Assembly (NCBI GenBank): GCA_010405405.1
Contig: MU004239.1
Span: 1,240,001 to 1,304,000, forward strand
Reading direction: 5' to 3'
DNA length: 64,000 bases
DNA from: Microthyrium microscopicum
Taxonomy: Eukaryota
Each line of letters opens with the position of its first letter. Position 1 is the first letter of the stretch. Below, piece by piece: positions 1-11,175 of this stretch. A model generated the notes under the pieces. It did not search any database. It was not told where the DNA came from and saw only the letters and a program-made list of their open reading frames with translations. The position numbers and the translations under genes were made by a program.

Positions 1-1624
1 CAAGAGCAGGTGAAAATTTCGAGGACCAGAACTGCCAGATATGACTGTAGTAGATGACTCCGTGAATGGCAAATGATAGTCCACACTCTGTATTATGCCC
101 ATTGTAGCATCGGTTATTTCTTGTAAGGCCGAGACTGTTGCCGAAACATCATCATTGTGGGTACCGGTCAGTCGATGTATGGATACGATGAGTTGGTTGG
201 TCAATATGATTAAAGCGTTGTAAAGCGTGAACACGTTTGCGAAGTCGAGAGAGGTGAAGTGTATGACGGTTGTACATGGATATGGATATGCGGACGGGAT
301 GGCTGTACTAGGAGTAGTGAGAAACTCGGATTCTGGATCAGAAAGTTTCCATAGATCTCGTGAAAGATGCATGCCATCTCGAAAATTGGTGACTTTCTGT
401 AAGAGTGTTTGATGAGCTTTTGACCAAGATTGCCTCTGTTCGTTTCCATCGGACATGGTGATGGGGAGTACCTCTGAAAGGGGCACTGATCCCAAATGAT
501 CCCGTTCCTGGTACAAAGCCGAGATTTGGGCTAAACTATCCCAGAGATAGGCAAGAGCTGAGCTGGGCGAATTTGTACTCTCTTTGGTGAGAGAGACACT
601 AGCGCTCCATTCGGGACATGCCATTAAAGAGGGACGGCGAGCATATAGCGCCGCTACAATCATCATTGGCCGGGTGTGCTCGAGTAAAGCCCTGAAAATT
701 GGATTTGTTGCTCTCAAAGCAGGACCTTGAAAAGAGAAGAGCTGCTCTACCCCATCAATGTGGCGTAACCATGAATGTTCATTACTGTCGGTTGGTGCGA
801 TAACCTAGACATGTAGTGTTAGTCGTTGGAGACAAGTATCAATGGTGGAACCTCTTACTTCATGAAGACACAAAGCAACAACGGAGCTGAGTGTATCTAT
901 GATACTAGTAGCCCCGGAGCTATTCACTGTTGATTTCACTGTATTCAAAGCACTAACATAGCGACGTCGCCCATCATGTATATGCGCTTCTTGCTGGTGG
1001 CCCAAGCCATACAACGTTGTGGCTAATGCCATAAAGCATTCCTTCCGGATAGTTGATTCCAAGGCATCACTACGATAACTTGGCACGACAAGACTACCAC
1101 AGATAGACTTCATGGGCCCATCGAGATTCGCAAGTAGGTAGGAGATGGCCTGATCGCTTTGCATCTCTGGGCTTGAGCTTGGTGACCAGAGATATGATAC
1201 TTGACAGTACGGCGATGAGAGGGAGTACTCATAACCAGTGGTCTTTTTCAAGGGAGGTGAAACTGTTAGAATATTGCTGTTCCCAGTCGTGTTGGAAAGA
1301 GTTGTCTTCTTCGAAGCCGTCTCGGCTTTCCGCTCCAGACGTTGTAAGACTTGCTGTTTGGCGTCGATGAAGACGATATCTTTGTAGCCCTGACAGCTAA
1401 ATTTCGCTTTAGCGCACCGAAGACATGTTGGGCGGCCTTGATCTGATGGAAGTGTCTTCGCATTAGCTACATTAACCCAATGTACGGTATCTCCAAGCTT
1501 GAGAGCAAGTGATGAGAGCCACCAGTGTTTCTACCGCCTAATGACTGGGATGCCACATACCACATTTCACGCGTCGCTTCACACAAGTTATACAGCCCTT
1601 AGACCGAGCTCTGGTATTTCCCAT
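1..1624 (-). CDS. Zn(II)2Cys6 fungal transcription factor, 3' end beyond window start
   Basis: Exon 1 (1624-1561, MGNTRARSKGCITCVKRRVKC), intron GTATGT..CTAAT..CAG (1560-1443), then exon 2 DQGRPTCLRCAKAKFSCQGY completes a six-Cys cluster. Continues into ORF 805-1251 (ALATTLYG...GRRRYVSAL), typical of a C6-associated helical domain. Confidence 0.85.
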
Positions 1625-2263
1625 GATCCGGGATCCCGGAGGATGGTTTATGATATCGATACTGCCGTCCAGTGCCATGAACCATGTCGCGAATGCTTCC
1701 CTTTCGAGCAATGGGCTTCCGGTCTACTACTAAGTAAACCGTACCCCTTTTGAACTCTCATTTTCAAGTAGCAGTTACGTCAAAGATGTTGAGGAACAAA
1801 AAGAGTTGGCCGCCAAGAGATGAGCCGCATGCCATGATCGCCGTTGCTGATCGACATTCAAGACGCTAAGCCTATTTGGGGCCTAACCACGAGCTCCTGT
1901 CAGCCTCGATGCACCCGCGACTTAACTTCATGTCGCTCCATCGCCATTCGACCTTCTTTAGGAGCCTCAACGCGATGGATTTGCGCTTCAGTACCATTGG
2001 CAATCCAGGTACTAATGTTCACGCCGCAACACATCTCTCGCCACTAGCCATTATGAGGCGGAGCATCTCATGTCTATCGGATCTTGTTGGCTACTACACA
2101 GGTAGTATCGCGTACAGAGCATCAAGTAGGTAAAGCGATCTACAGATACCTTTAATTTGGTCAAGCCTAGAGTCCACAAGTAGGTGTATAAAACGATGGC
2201 ATCCCTTCAAATATTCTCGCAGCTTCAACTCCATCTCGTGCGTCGCAACTAGACTCTATAAAC

Positions 2264-3766
2264 ATGCATCAATCCAACCTGCTACCCATTATATCTTTAT
2301 TCGCCTACCTTGGCATATGTTCTCCAACTCCGTCTTCCTCTTCGAATCTTGAGGTCAAAACTGATAGTGGTGTGCTTCATGGCTTCATCAATCAAGTAGC
2401 TCCTCATGTTCAACAATTCTTGGGCGTGCCATTCGCTCAACCCCCGATCGGATCTAGACGATGGCTACCACCTTCGAGGTTCCGGTCCAACTCATCCTTC
2501 AATGCTTCTGACATAGGCCCTGCATGTCCCCAAATCCCAATTGCGGATCAGGGAAACTCGAGTGTGTATGCTCCACTTGGAGGCAACCAGACCGAGTATT
2601 TTCCACCATCAATGGGGCCTTTCAGCGAAGACTGTCTGACACTGAACGTATGGGCACCCAGCAACTCCAAGAAGAATCTACCAGTGATAGTCTTCTACTT
2701 TGGAGGAGGCTTTGTCCAAGGAGGAACCAACGCGCTCTATTTTAATCCCCAATCATGGGTCGAACGAACACAGAGTCATATCGTGGTCACGCCAAACTTC
2801 AGATCTAATATATTTGGTTTCCCAAATGCTGCCGGGCTAGATGAGCAAAATCTCGGCTTGCTCGATCAACGCGTATCCTTGGAATGGATTCGAGACAATA
2901 TTGCCAATTTTGGTGGAGACCCATCGAGAATCGTTGTTTGGGGTCAAAGTGCCTCCGCGATTGCCCTAGACTTTCTCAATTTCGCATATCCGATGGACCC
3001 CATCGCCTCTGGAATGATCTTAGACTCCAGCACCGCGCTTTTCCCATCAAGGGGCTCGCAAACACCAGACACAGCCCATTCAAACTTCACAGCCGTTGCT
3101 GCGGCGCTCGGCTGCAAAGACCCATCATCTCAAATCGACTGTCTACGCAACTCATCATGGCAAGACATTGAAGCTGTACTACAAGCAGACTCAAGTCTCA
3201 AGTTCGTCACAGTTGTCGATGAGAACATCGTTTTTTCCAACTACACCCAACGCTACGAGCTAGGCGCCCTATCATCAATCCCAGCCATCATCGGGAGCAA
3301 CGAGCACGAATTCAACGAAGGCATCCCGTACCCACTAGGCCCACTGCTCAACCAGACTGGTTCTGACGAGATTACGAATTCCACGTTCCTCTGCACAGCA
3401 GCTCTTACATCTCGATTGCGGGCATCAGAATCTCGGCTCACGTACCGATTTAGATATGATGGTAACTTCTCTAACATATCACCATCTGCCTATCCCGGTG
3501 CATACCATGCGTCGGAGTTGCCGCTGTTTTTTGGAACTGCTGATCTTCATGCTCCTTCCACGGCATATGAGAACAAAGTGAGCCGGGCGTTGCAGGACTT
3601 GTGGCTTGACTTTGCTACAGACCCTAAGGGCGGGCTTGCTAAAGCTGGTTGGGGATCCTATGGGGATGGTAAAGCTGTGTTGCTTGGTGGTGCTGATGTT
3701 CCAGTACGGGAGATAGAGCTCTCTCAGCTTGAGGGGGTGTGCGGCAGTGTTACGATCAAAACATAG
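2264..3766 (+). CDS. Secreted type-B carboxylesterase (alpha/beta hydrolase)
   Basis: Signal peptide; FLGVPFAQPP, SEDCLTLNVW, GGGF oxyanion loop, NLGLLDQ, NFGGDP, nucleophile GQSAS, acid E (GSNEHE), His (AYHASEL). Confidence 0.95.
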   Translation: MHQSNLLPIISLFAYLGICSPTPSSSSNLEVKTDSGVLHGFINQVAPHVQQFLGVPFAQPPIGSRRWLPPSRFRSNSSFNASDIGPACPQIPIADQGNSSVYAPLGGNQTEYFPPSMGPFSEDCLTLNVWAPSNSKKNLPVIVFYFGGGFVQGGTNALYFNPQSWVERTQSHIVVTPNFRSNIFGFPNAAGLDEQNLGLLDQRVSLEWIRDNIANFGGDPSRIVVWGQSASAIALDFLNFAYPMDPIASGMILDSSTALFPSRGSQTPDTAHSNFTAVAAALGCKDPSSQIDCLRNSSWQDIEAVLQADSSLKFVTVVDENIVFSNYTQRYELGALSSIPAIIGSNEHEFNEGIPYPLGPLLNQTGSDEITNSTFLCTAALTSRLRASESRLTYRFRYDGNFSNISPSAYPGAYHASELPLFFGTADLHAPSTAYENKVSRALQDLWLDFATDPKGGLAKAGWGSYGDGKAVLLGGADVPVREIELSQLEGVCGSVTIKT

Positions 3767-4103
3767 ATTATGTAGGAAATATTAATAGAAATGTTTTAGA
3801 ATTGTTCAGGGTCCATCGAATTTATGAATTGATTCTCGTTCTTGCCTCTTATACTTTTAAGCCTGAATTCATGTTTAGCTTTCTTTATGTCGCTGATCCG
3901 ACATCTCTAGAAAGCTCGTCGAATCGACTTTTAGGGTTCTTAGATATATGCTAGAAAATGCAAGTGTAAACAGCAACCGCCGAAATCAAGATTTGTTGAT
4001 ATCATTAGAGTGTTCATCATCGCCAGCTTAGTCTAGCAAAATTCCTCAACACCGCGCCATATCCATATCCTACAACAAGGGGTATCAAAACAACCACCAC
4101 ACA

Positions 4104-5024
4104 TCAAAACCAAGCCAGCGTCCACAACGCCGGCAAATGCGGCCACCTCTCCTGCCACTCCGCCAATATCTCCGGCACACTCTCATCAAAGCCGTCCCTC
4201 GCCTTCCCCTCAAACGTCTCCTCCCCCACCCTTTCAATCTCCCTCCTCGCAGCCGCATTCAAACTATTCGCCAAATCCAAAATCGCCTGCCCACCCACCA
4301 ACGCCTCCTCATGATTATCCTTAATATCCACATTAACCACATGCACCGGCCTATTCAACGGCGCACCCCTATTCCCCAAATCCTCCACCACCGCATCCCA
4401 ACACCGTTCCTCGCACGTGATCACAATATCCACCACCCCGCTCTCTGTGCCAATGGATCCGCGGTTCTGTTTCTGTTGAGACGAGACGCGGGGCACGCCG
4501 ACGGGCCAGTCTTGCCAGCGCTCTGGACCCCATTTTACGTGCCGGTTGCGGTCGAGCATGGGGAGGAGGCCGTTTGCGCGGTATAGGCGTGTGTCTTTGG
4601 TGGCGAGCTCGGTGTACATGGCGTCGTAGGAGGTTACGTTGAAGTTGTAGACGTTTGGTTGGGTTATGGTGGGGCCGGGGAGGCGGACGAGGGAGCCGGT
4701 GCCGAAGGAGAGGACGGGGTAGGCGTTAAGGGCGAGTTGGAGGTGGGATTCCATTGATCTGGGATGGTTTTAGTATTGAGGTTATATTGCTGGTTGAAGG
4801 AGGAGGTACCTGTTATTGTTGCTGGCGCAGACGGTGCAGAATTTTAACTTGAAGCCGTCGTCTTGCTGCCGTGGTGGTGAACCTGGGGGTGTTGTTGATT
4901 CTACCATTGCTGTGTCATTTGATGGTGTTGGGTCTGTTGCTGGCGGTGGGGGAGGGGGTGGAGGAGTTGGAGTTGCTGCTGCATCGTTCGCTGCTGATGA
5001 CCTCGTGCGACGCCTAGGATCCAT
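4104..5024 (-). CDS. SSU72: RNA polymerase II CTD phosphatase Ssu72
   Basis: [16 protein letters not shown] active-site motif split by an intron (~4809-4759); [29 protein letters not shown] motifs. Confidence 0.97.
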
Positions 5025-5171
5025 TTTGAGAGTACTTTGGAGTTGGAAAGTGTCTTCAGGCTGCTGCTAGCCGAGACAAAGGACGGGAGGATATGGGACG
5101 ATGCAGCTATATTTGAAGAAACAGTTAGATAGGTCAAACAGTCAATGAGAATGATTCAGAGTGGAGGTAGT

Positions 5172-5254
5172 AATCAGATTTTTAGCGTATATGGTAATTT
5201 GTTTGGTGTCATCACAGTGAATCGGATAGCTCCAATATGTTGATCATCATAAAA
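5172..5254 (-). ncRNA. Box C/D snoRNA in the SSU72 5'-UTR intron (5292-5107), with guides complementary to 18S rRNA helix 18
   Basis: C box ATGATGA 5250-5244, D' CCGA 5225-5222, C' GTGATGA 5215-5209, D CTGA 5177-5174. Antisense elements TATTGGAGCT, AATTACC and ATATACGCTA match conserved 18S GGUAAUUCCAGCUCCAAUAGCGUAUAU. Host intron is GTACGT...CTAAC...TAG. Confidence 0.8.
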
Positions 5255-6685
5255 GAAAGGATAGTTGATATGAGTTCTCTACAGTCACGTACCTTGAATG
5301 AAGATGAGAAGAAAAGGTTGTATTAAGATAGAGTCGACCGCGAAGGCCCAAGCTACATGAGACTAGCTTTTAGAAATTCAACAAGGGAAGCGATGAAATT
5401 TGTGAAGGTATCAAAGTGATACTGGATAAAAACTGAAGATGGTTGGTGGTTGGGTGAAGCTTGAAGAAAGCTAAGCCAAAACAAGAAGACAAAAGAATGT
5501 GGCGGCTTAGTAAGAGTAGATTACGGTAGGGCCCTCTTGCCGTGGGACCAGACTTAGTCACTTAGGCCAGGATGAGACTGTGGAACAATTCAAATTAACT
5601 GGTCCAAAAATGGCGTGGCTATTGTTACTACGTGCGTGCATTGGGCGCTGAACCAAGCGCATACCTGTTACCACATTGATCAGATGTGACATGTATGTCG
5701 AAAAGATCCAGTTTTGATATAAAGATAAGAGTATAGAAGAAGCGACGATGCAAAATGAGGCCAGAAAGACCATCACTAACAAAATAATAGAGAATAGGCA
5801 GCTGAAAATAAGAGGAAAAGCGCGCAGGTGTAAGTAGTCGTGGAAAGGGCGTTTATGGTGAAACAATGGACTATTATTTTTAGCAACCAATAGAGTCTGC
5901 TGATTTCATGTGGAGTGCCCAAGCAGGAGAGAAGTCGCATGGCCACACGGATCGGTTCCCAGGCCGCACTCGTGAAATGGTTCGTTCCATGTGTTTTGTT
6001 GTCTGATCACAAATTGGTAGAAGTCCCGATTTATCCTGGATGATTGCTGACAGAGTTGTGGATACAGGAGACTCTTGGTAGATAGAAAGTATATCTGGGG
6101 GCCAAGCGCCAATTGCTTAGTGGGTAGTTGCACCTAAAGTCTAGACAGTCAAGACAGTCAAAGCCGGGGTACGGTATTTGATGGAGCGCAAATAATAAAT
6201 ATATCGAGGCTCAAGTTGAGAGGCCATGGGTCAAAGCAGATCGTCGACAAGAAATGGAAGTTGGAGGCTCAAGTTCATTCGAATGTCCTGGCTTCAAAGA
6301 GGCAAAAGGCAAAAGGCCTAATACAAGTCAAGTCCAACTTGGGAAGGAACGACACAATAACGTCCTGGTCGTTGCTGCCACCTTTATTCTTGTGTAGTGT
6401 GTAGTGTGTACCTTCCAAGTTCCATCTCTGTGTACGGTTGTCGCAAGTCGCAACTGCACTTTTCTAACCCAGACCTCCACTTCCACTCCCTCTCTTTCTC
6501 ATCCTGCCTGCCCTTTACTTCCCTTCTTCTACCTTCACCATCTCTACCAACTGCCTGCTCAATCACCTATATACCTCTCTCTTCACTTCTCTATTCCCTT
6601 CATTCCCTGCGGGCCTTCTTACTCCCATATAATACTCTTGCCCAAAGCCCCAGCGGCTATTTACACCCAAATAATACACACAACC

Positions 6686-8047
6686 ATGGCTCTTCTCGAA
6701 GCATCACAATCCCCCGTTCCGTCGTCGCCACGCTCCATCTTAACCCCGATACTTACCTCGCCTGCCCAACCGAGCCCAAGACCTTCTGCAATGTCTGCTG
6801 CCATGCAAAAGCGCTTCTCTACATACTCGGTCCATTCCAACAGCTCAACAACTCAAGCCCACAATTCCAGACCTCAATCCATGGCTTTTCCCCATTTTCA
6901 TTCCAGTTTATCCTATGCGCTGGTCCGAGACTTTGCCTATCCTCCTTTTCATCCCCTCCATTACGGCCCGTCACCCGACGAGTCATCTGGTGCGACAACA
7001 CCATCCAGCGACGCGCATACAAGACAATCGGATCCTGCACCATCGTGGGAAGAACCCAAGGCCAAGTGGCCTGGCAACTGGATTTCTACAAGCGACCAGC
7101 AACTACCTGGCACAAAGTTTGGCGAAAAGGACGGCCCGCCATGGAGCGATGACGAAGATATACAAAGCCCTGTAGTAACGAGTGTGCGCCATCGTAAAAG
7201 TCGACGCCCAGACGAGCGACGCGGCTCATATACTGCTACCAATGGCGACGGCTCTGAAACATACTACGTGAGCGAACGAGATGAGACCGCTGGCGGGCCA
7301 GGTGGCGAGTTTATCACATATCCCGCATCTCAACAACATCCCAATATCGCATCATTGGCTGGAGGTGAGCCAACCGGTCGGAAACGCGACTCTAATTTCG
7401 CCGTCACACTACCTTCGCGAACATATGACGAACATTCCCCAGCTCGATCGACATCACAAGAAGAGCACTATCCATCTTCATCGCCAGAAGATTGGGACAC
7501 TGACGATAGCCGATATAGTCGCGACTACTCTTTTACAATCGTCTCTCCCGACGAGGAGTTCCACGGTAAAGCCGTCGCGCTATTCGACTTTGCCCGGGAG
7601 AGCCAAAACGAACTGCCACTAGCCGAAGGTCAAATAATACTCGTCTCATATCGGACTGGGAAAGGATGGCTCGTTGCTCAAGATCCCCTGACCGGCGAGT
7701 CCGGTCTTGTTCCCGAGGATTATGTTCGTCTCTTACGAGACATCGAGGGCGGCTGGAACGGCCTCATGAATGGCATCACTGATCCTGACGAGTCAAGGAC
7801 TCCCACTCAGGAAACAGCTGGAGGTGCCCATCATGGTGATTCTTCCAATTACACGCCAGTCGTGAGCACATTTTCAACTAGTCGCGCTGATTTCAAGGAG
7901 CCTTGGAGCCGAGACAAGATCGCCAGCCCTTCTATCAACACTCCTACCGAATACTCCAAACGTATTGGTGAGGATTTACGAGCGCATAAACTGGATGAGA
8001 ATGAATTGCCAAAGAAACCTGATCGGACTTCCAAGGGCGCTGCATGA
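6686..8047 (+). CDS. NBP2: SH3-domain adaptor Nbp2 (HOG pathway)
   Basis: LVRDFAYPPFHPLHYG N-terminal motif and SH3 domain KAVALFDFARESQNELPLAEGQIILVSY...GWLVA...ESGLVPEDYV; first ATG at 6686. Confidence 0.85.
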   Translation: MALLEASQSPVPSSPRSILTPILTSPAQPSPRPSAMSAAMQKRFSTYSVHSNSSTTQAHNSRPQSMAFPHFHSSLSYALVRDFAYPPFHPLHYGPSPDESSGATTPSSDAHTRQSDPAPSWEEPKAKWPGNWISTSDQQLPGTKFGEKDGPPWSDDEDIQSPVVTSVRHRKSRRPDERRGSYTATNGDGSETYYVSERDETAGGPGGEFITYPASQQHPNIASLAGGEPTGRKRDSNFAVTLPSRTYDEHSPARSTSQEEHYPSSSPEDWDTDDSRYSRDYSFTIVSPDEEFHGKAVALFDFARESQNELPLAEGQIILVSYRTGKGWLVAQDPLTGESGLVPEDYVRLLRDIEGGWNGLMNGITDPDESRTPTQETAGGAHHGDSSNYTPVVSTFSTSRADFKEPWSRDKIASPSINTPTEYSKRIGEDLRAHKLDENELPKKPDRTSKGAA

Positions 8048-8741
8048 TGAATCACCAATCTTGCAATAAGCTTCATTTCAAACATTGCCATACAGAGACC
8101 CAGCAGCGCATCGTAGCGAGCTGTGACTTGAGGACGTCACTTCGCCAGTCTTTGGCACGATCGAACATGCTCAACCAAAACTCTGGGCTCAACGAACCAA
8201 CACTAATACTATCACGACCATCGAACCACCATTGCTTCGCCTCGTCACTATCTAGCCTTGTGTCTGGACCTGGCCTCAACAATTCATTGAAATTGCATCA
8301 TACCACATTTCCACCCCAAGCAGCGCTTCAATACAGCTCGTTCAGCCGTATATTTGAACACCGAGTGTTTTACCAATTCTTACGAAGAACATGGACCAAA
8401 CACACCTATTTTACTGGTTTGCATTGCGAGACTGGCTCTTTTTTGGCACGGTTGGAACATTGCATAGGAACGGAGAGATCCAGGAATGCATGAGCGTGTG
8501 GGGTTGTTCTTTTCTTCTTTTTCTTGTACTATAATCTTACTTTTATGACGAAGATGACGATTTGGTTGGGGTGGCTAGAGGTTGGAATGGGTGAAGATGG
8601 TGGATTACGAGTAGAGAAGCTGTATGAAGAATGAATTGGCATGGCTTGTTTGGATATGAAGACCAAGTTCTATGATACACTTATGATTCAGCTGTAATGC
8701 AGAGTGATGCGTGATGGTCGTTGATTATGTATACTATTATT

Positions 8742-10553
8742 CTACAGGTATTCGTCTTCTTCGTCCTCTGCTTGTCCTTCACGGTCTTCGAAGACGAGGA
8801 AGGCTGCATTTGTGTCACCGACAAGGGCGCGCCAAATGGTTTCTACGCGGTCGAGGATTGTGTCGTCGAATACTAGATCTGCTGACATGCCTGCTGGGAA
8901 TAAATGCACGCCATCCCCTGCATCACTCGGGATACGAGCTGGGACGAATGGATAATGCATTCGCCATAGGACCGGCGGATTATCGATGCATGCGAGCAGT
9001 GCGTTGACTGCTGCATCAAGCAAACTCGGACCCGCGGGTGCAGATGCTGGAGTTGAGGCGTAGATGATACCTATGATCAAGCAAGTTAGCTAGAGTCAGA
9101 GAATGGTGTTGATGTGTAAAAAGGGCATATGAGGAGTTCGTGTATCAGGTTGTCAGAGATTTTATCTTCAATGTAATTACAGCGAATGTAGATAAGTATT
9201 CAAAAGGTTGATCATCATACGAACAGGGACTTGGAATGATGGGTAGACTTACATTGGTTCTTGGGACATTCGCCCGTTTCGCTCGAGTGGATTATTAGCT
9301 GCACAGGAGCTGGATCTGAGGTTTCGCTCGGGAAGCTTCCTGCTGGACGAATGACAACTGCACCGGCTGGAATAGGTGCGCCTTCTGTGAGCTGAGGGAA
9401 GAGCGCTGGCAGAGATGATCCAACGATTGATATTGAGCGTGAAGTCCCTTCGCTGGAGTTTTGCGATGGCTGTGAACTGTTGGAGGATAGGCTGACAGGA
9501 TTCGCAACTAAATGCTTGGTTCGAACTATATCTCCAGATGTGAGATGTAATGTTGTTGAGTCATCAATAGATTCTGTCTTGGAAATGCCACTACCGAGCA
9601 TGTAAACAGCACCGCCTACAGCACCTGCTCGGCAACCTACTTGAGAGACTTCTGCTAGTCCGCCCCATTTAGGTATTACTGAACTGAAGCCGGGGCCTAA
9701 TCTGCCAATAGAGCGCAGATGTCGTGATATCCTGGGAAGAGCAAAGGCTGTGGTGGTCTGCGATGAACACGTTGGCGAGAATGTCAAGGCAAGAAAGAGA
9801 TCGACAAGTGTTGGTGGTAGCTTGAAATGGTTCGTCAAAAACTCTGCAAATGGCCGCTCTTTGTAGCCTTCCCACAACTCTTCCTGATTATCGTAATCCA
9901 TGATGAAACGAAGCACTTTCATGACTGATCGTTTGGATCGCAAATCGATAGTCGAGTCTGAGAATGCAACATCCTCCCGGTTCGTGGGAATTCTAACGAG
10001 GTTGCCAGATGCCTCAGCAGGGGTACCTGAAGAGTCTGGTTCTGAATCTTTCGACGCAGAATATAGCCACCAGCTTCCCATCGCTTGGAACTCTAGCTGC
10101 CGAAAAGCCTTGGATGTGACCAGACATTCTATGAGTTTCGATGATGTATATATGAGCTGTGGAGCAAGCGCCAAGCTATATGCTCGAGGGAAGGACAGCT
10201 TTGGGCCATCTTCTTCAGAGGGCGACAAATTCTCGATGCTTGCGGAGCTGTTATTCTGTTCTAGCAGCAAACGTTAGACGAGACTTGACGGTAGTTGGCA
10301 TTATCCTACCCTTTACCCATTCCTCAGCTTCTTGCAAGCTGAAAGCAGCCTCGGCCTCGCCATAGTAAGAATTCTTATCTAGGTGAAGAACTTTCTTGTC
10401 GGATCGTGAAAGAGCTCTTCAAGAGCTGCGTCAGTCAGATTTGGTCGCCAAAAAAGTGCTCTTTATGACTTACAAAGCTAGCAGAGACTGATACAGACCA
10501 GTTCCAGCGATGACAATGTCCCAGTCGGTGTCGTTCAGGGACTCGGCTTGCAT
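8742..10553 (-). CDS. MRS6: Rab escort protein / Rab geranylgeranyltransferase component A (GDI superfamily)
   Basis: MQAESLNDTDWDIVIAGTGL start, ALSRSDKKVLHLDKNSYYG, RAYSLALAPQ, GGLAEVSQVGCRAGAVGGAVYML; 4 exons, last intron 9252-9071. Confidence 0.92.
9136..9224 (-). ncRNA. SNR62: Intronic box C/D snoRNA, snR62/U34-like (guide for the 25S Um1888-equivalent)
   Basis: Terminal stem GTTCGT/ACGAAC flanks C box ATGATGA (9218-9212) and D box CTGA (9148-9145). D'-like CTGT and C'-like TTGAAGA present. The 12-nt guide CTTATCTACATT is complementary to 25S AAUGUAGAUAAG, with D'+5 on the U. Lies in the MRS6 intron 9252-9071. Confidence 0.82.
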
Positions 10554-11175
10554 GGTGAGAGTTTGGTGGAGTTGAGAAGTGGGCAGGTTGTTAGGCGGCA
10601 GAAATAGCTTGATGGATTATGTAAGCACTTCTCCTAACTACATCCCATTCGACTCTAAGCTTCTATTTTTGCACCTTCAAACAAGTCGACAGGATTCGAA
10701 TGAGCTTTGCAATTCTGGTTTGCTTTTCTCTATTGCATTTGACGCAATGTTGATGTACGACCGAATTTCGCGAACTTCCAGAATAACCTCCAACCAACCG
10801 TTTTTCGAATGTAGAAGCGTTATGTACCTAGACAGCCATTTAATCTATCAGATTTATCTTTCAGACGAGCTCTCTGTCATCACAACTTACCTTACCATCA
10901 TATTTAGTTAGCTTGATCAGTCTCGCAGGTGGAAGGCAGATTCGCTGCGCCACGCTCTGCATGCGACACTGACCATATAAGGTAGCACCAATGAGGAACT
11001 GCGTACACCACAAGCTGCATACTTCGAACATTTCTTGAACTTGAAACCTCACACCATACTTCCCAGAATATCTCTTCAACTTGCGCGGGGCAAAAGCCTT
11101 ATGATATGATCGACCATCTTCGCTCTGAAGCCGCGAGCTTTTCAGCTTCACAACATCCACTGGTTTTCGTCCAGA

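Noticed and set aside
4004..4020. 13-nt 18S match (ATTAGAGTGTTCA) next to a C-box-like motif
   Set aside because: The match overlaps the C box, there is no suitable D box or host intron, and isolated 13-mer rRNA matches are expected by chance in a window this size.
6397..6685. Long non-AUG N-terminal extension and overlapping 251-aa ORF at NBP2
   Set aside because: The pyrimidine-rich leader is naturally stop-poor, the translation is low-complexity, and the ATG at 6686 has good context.
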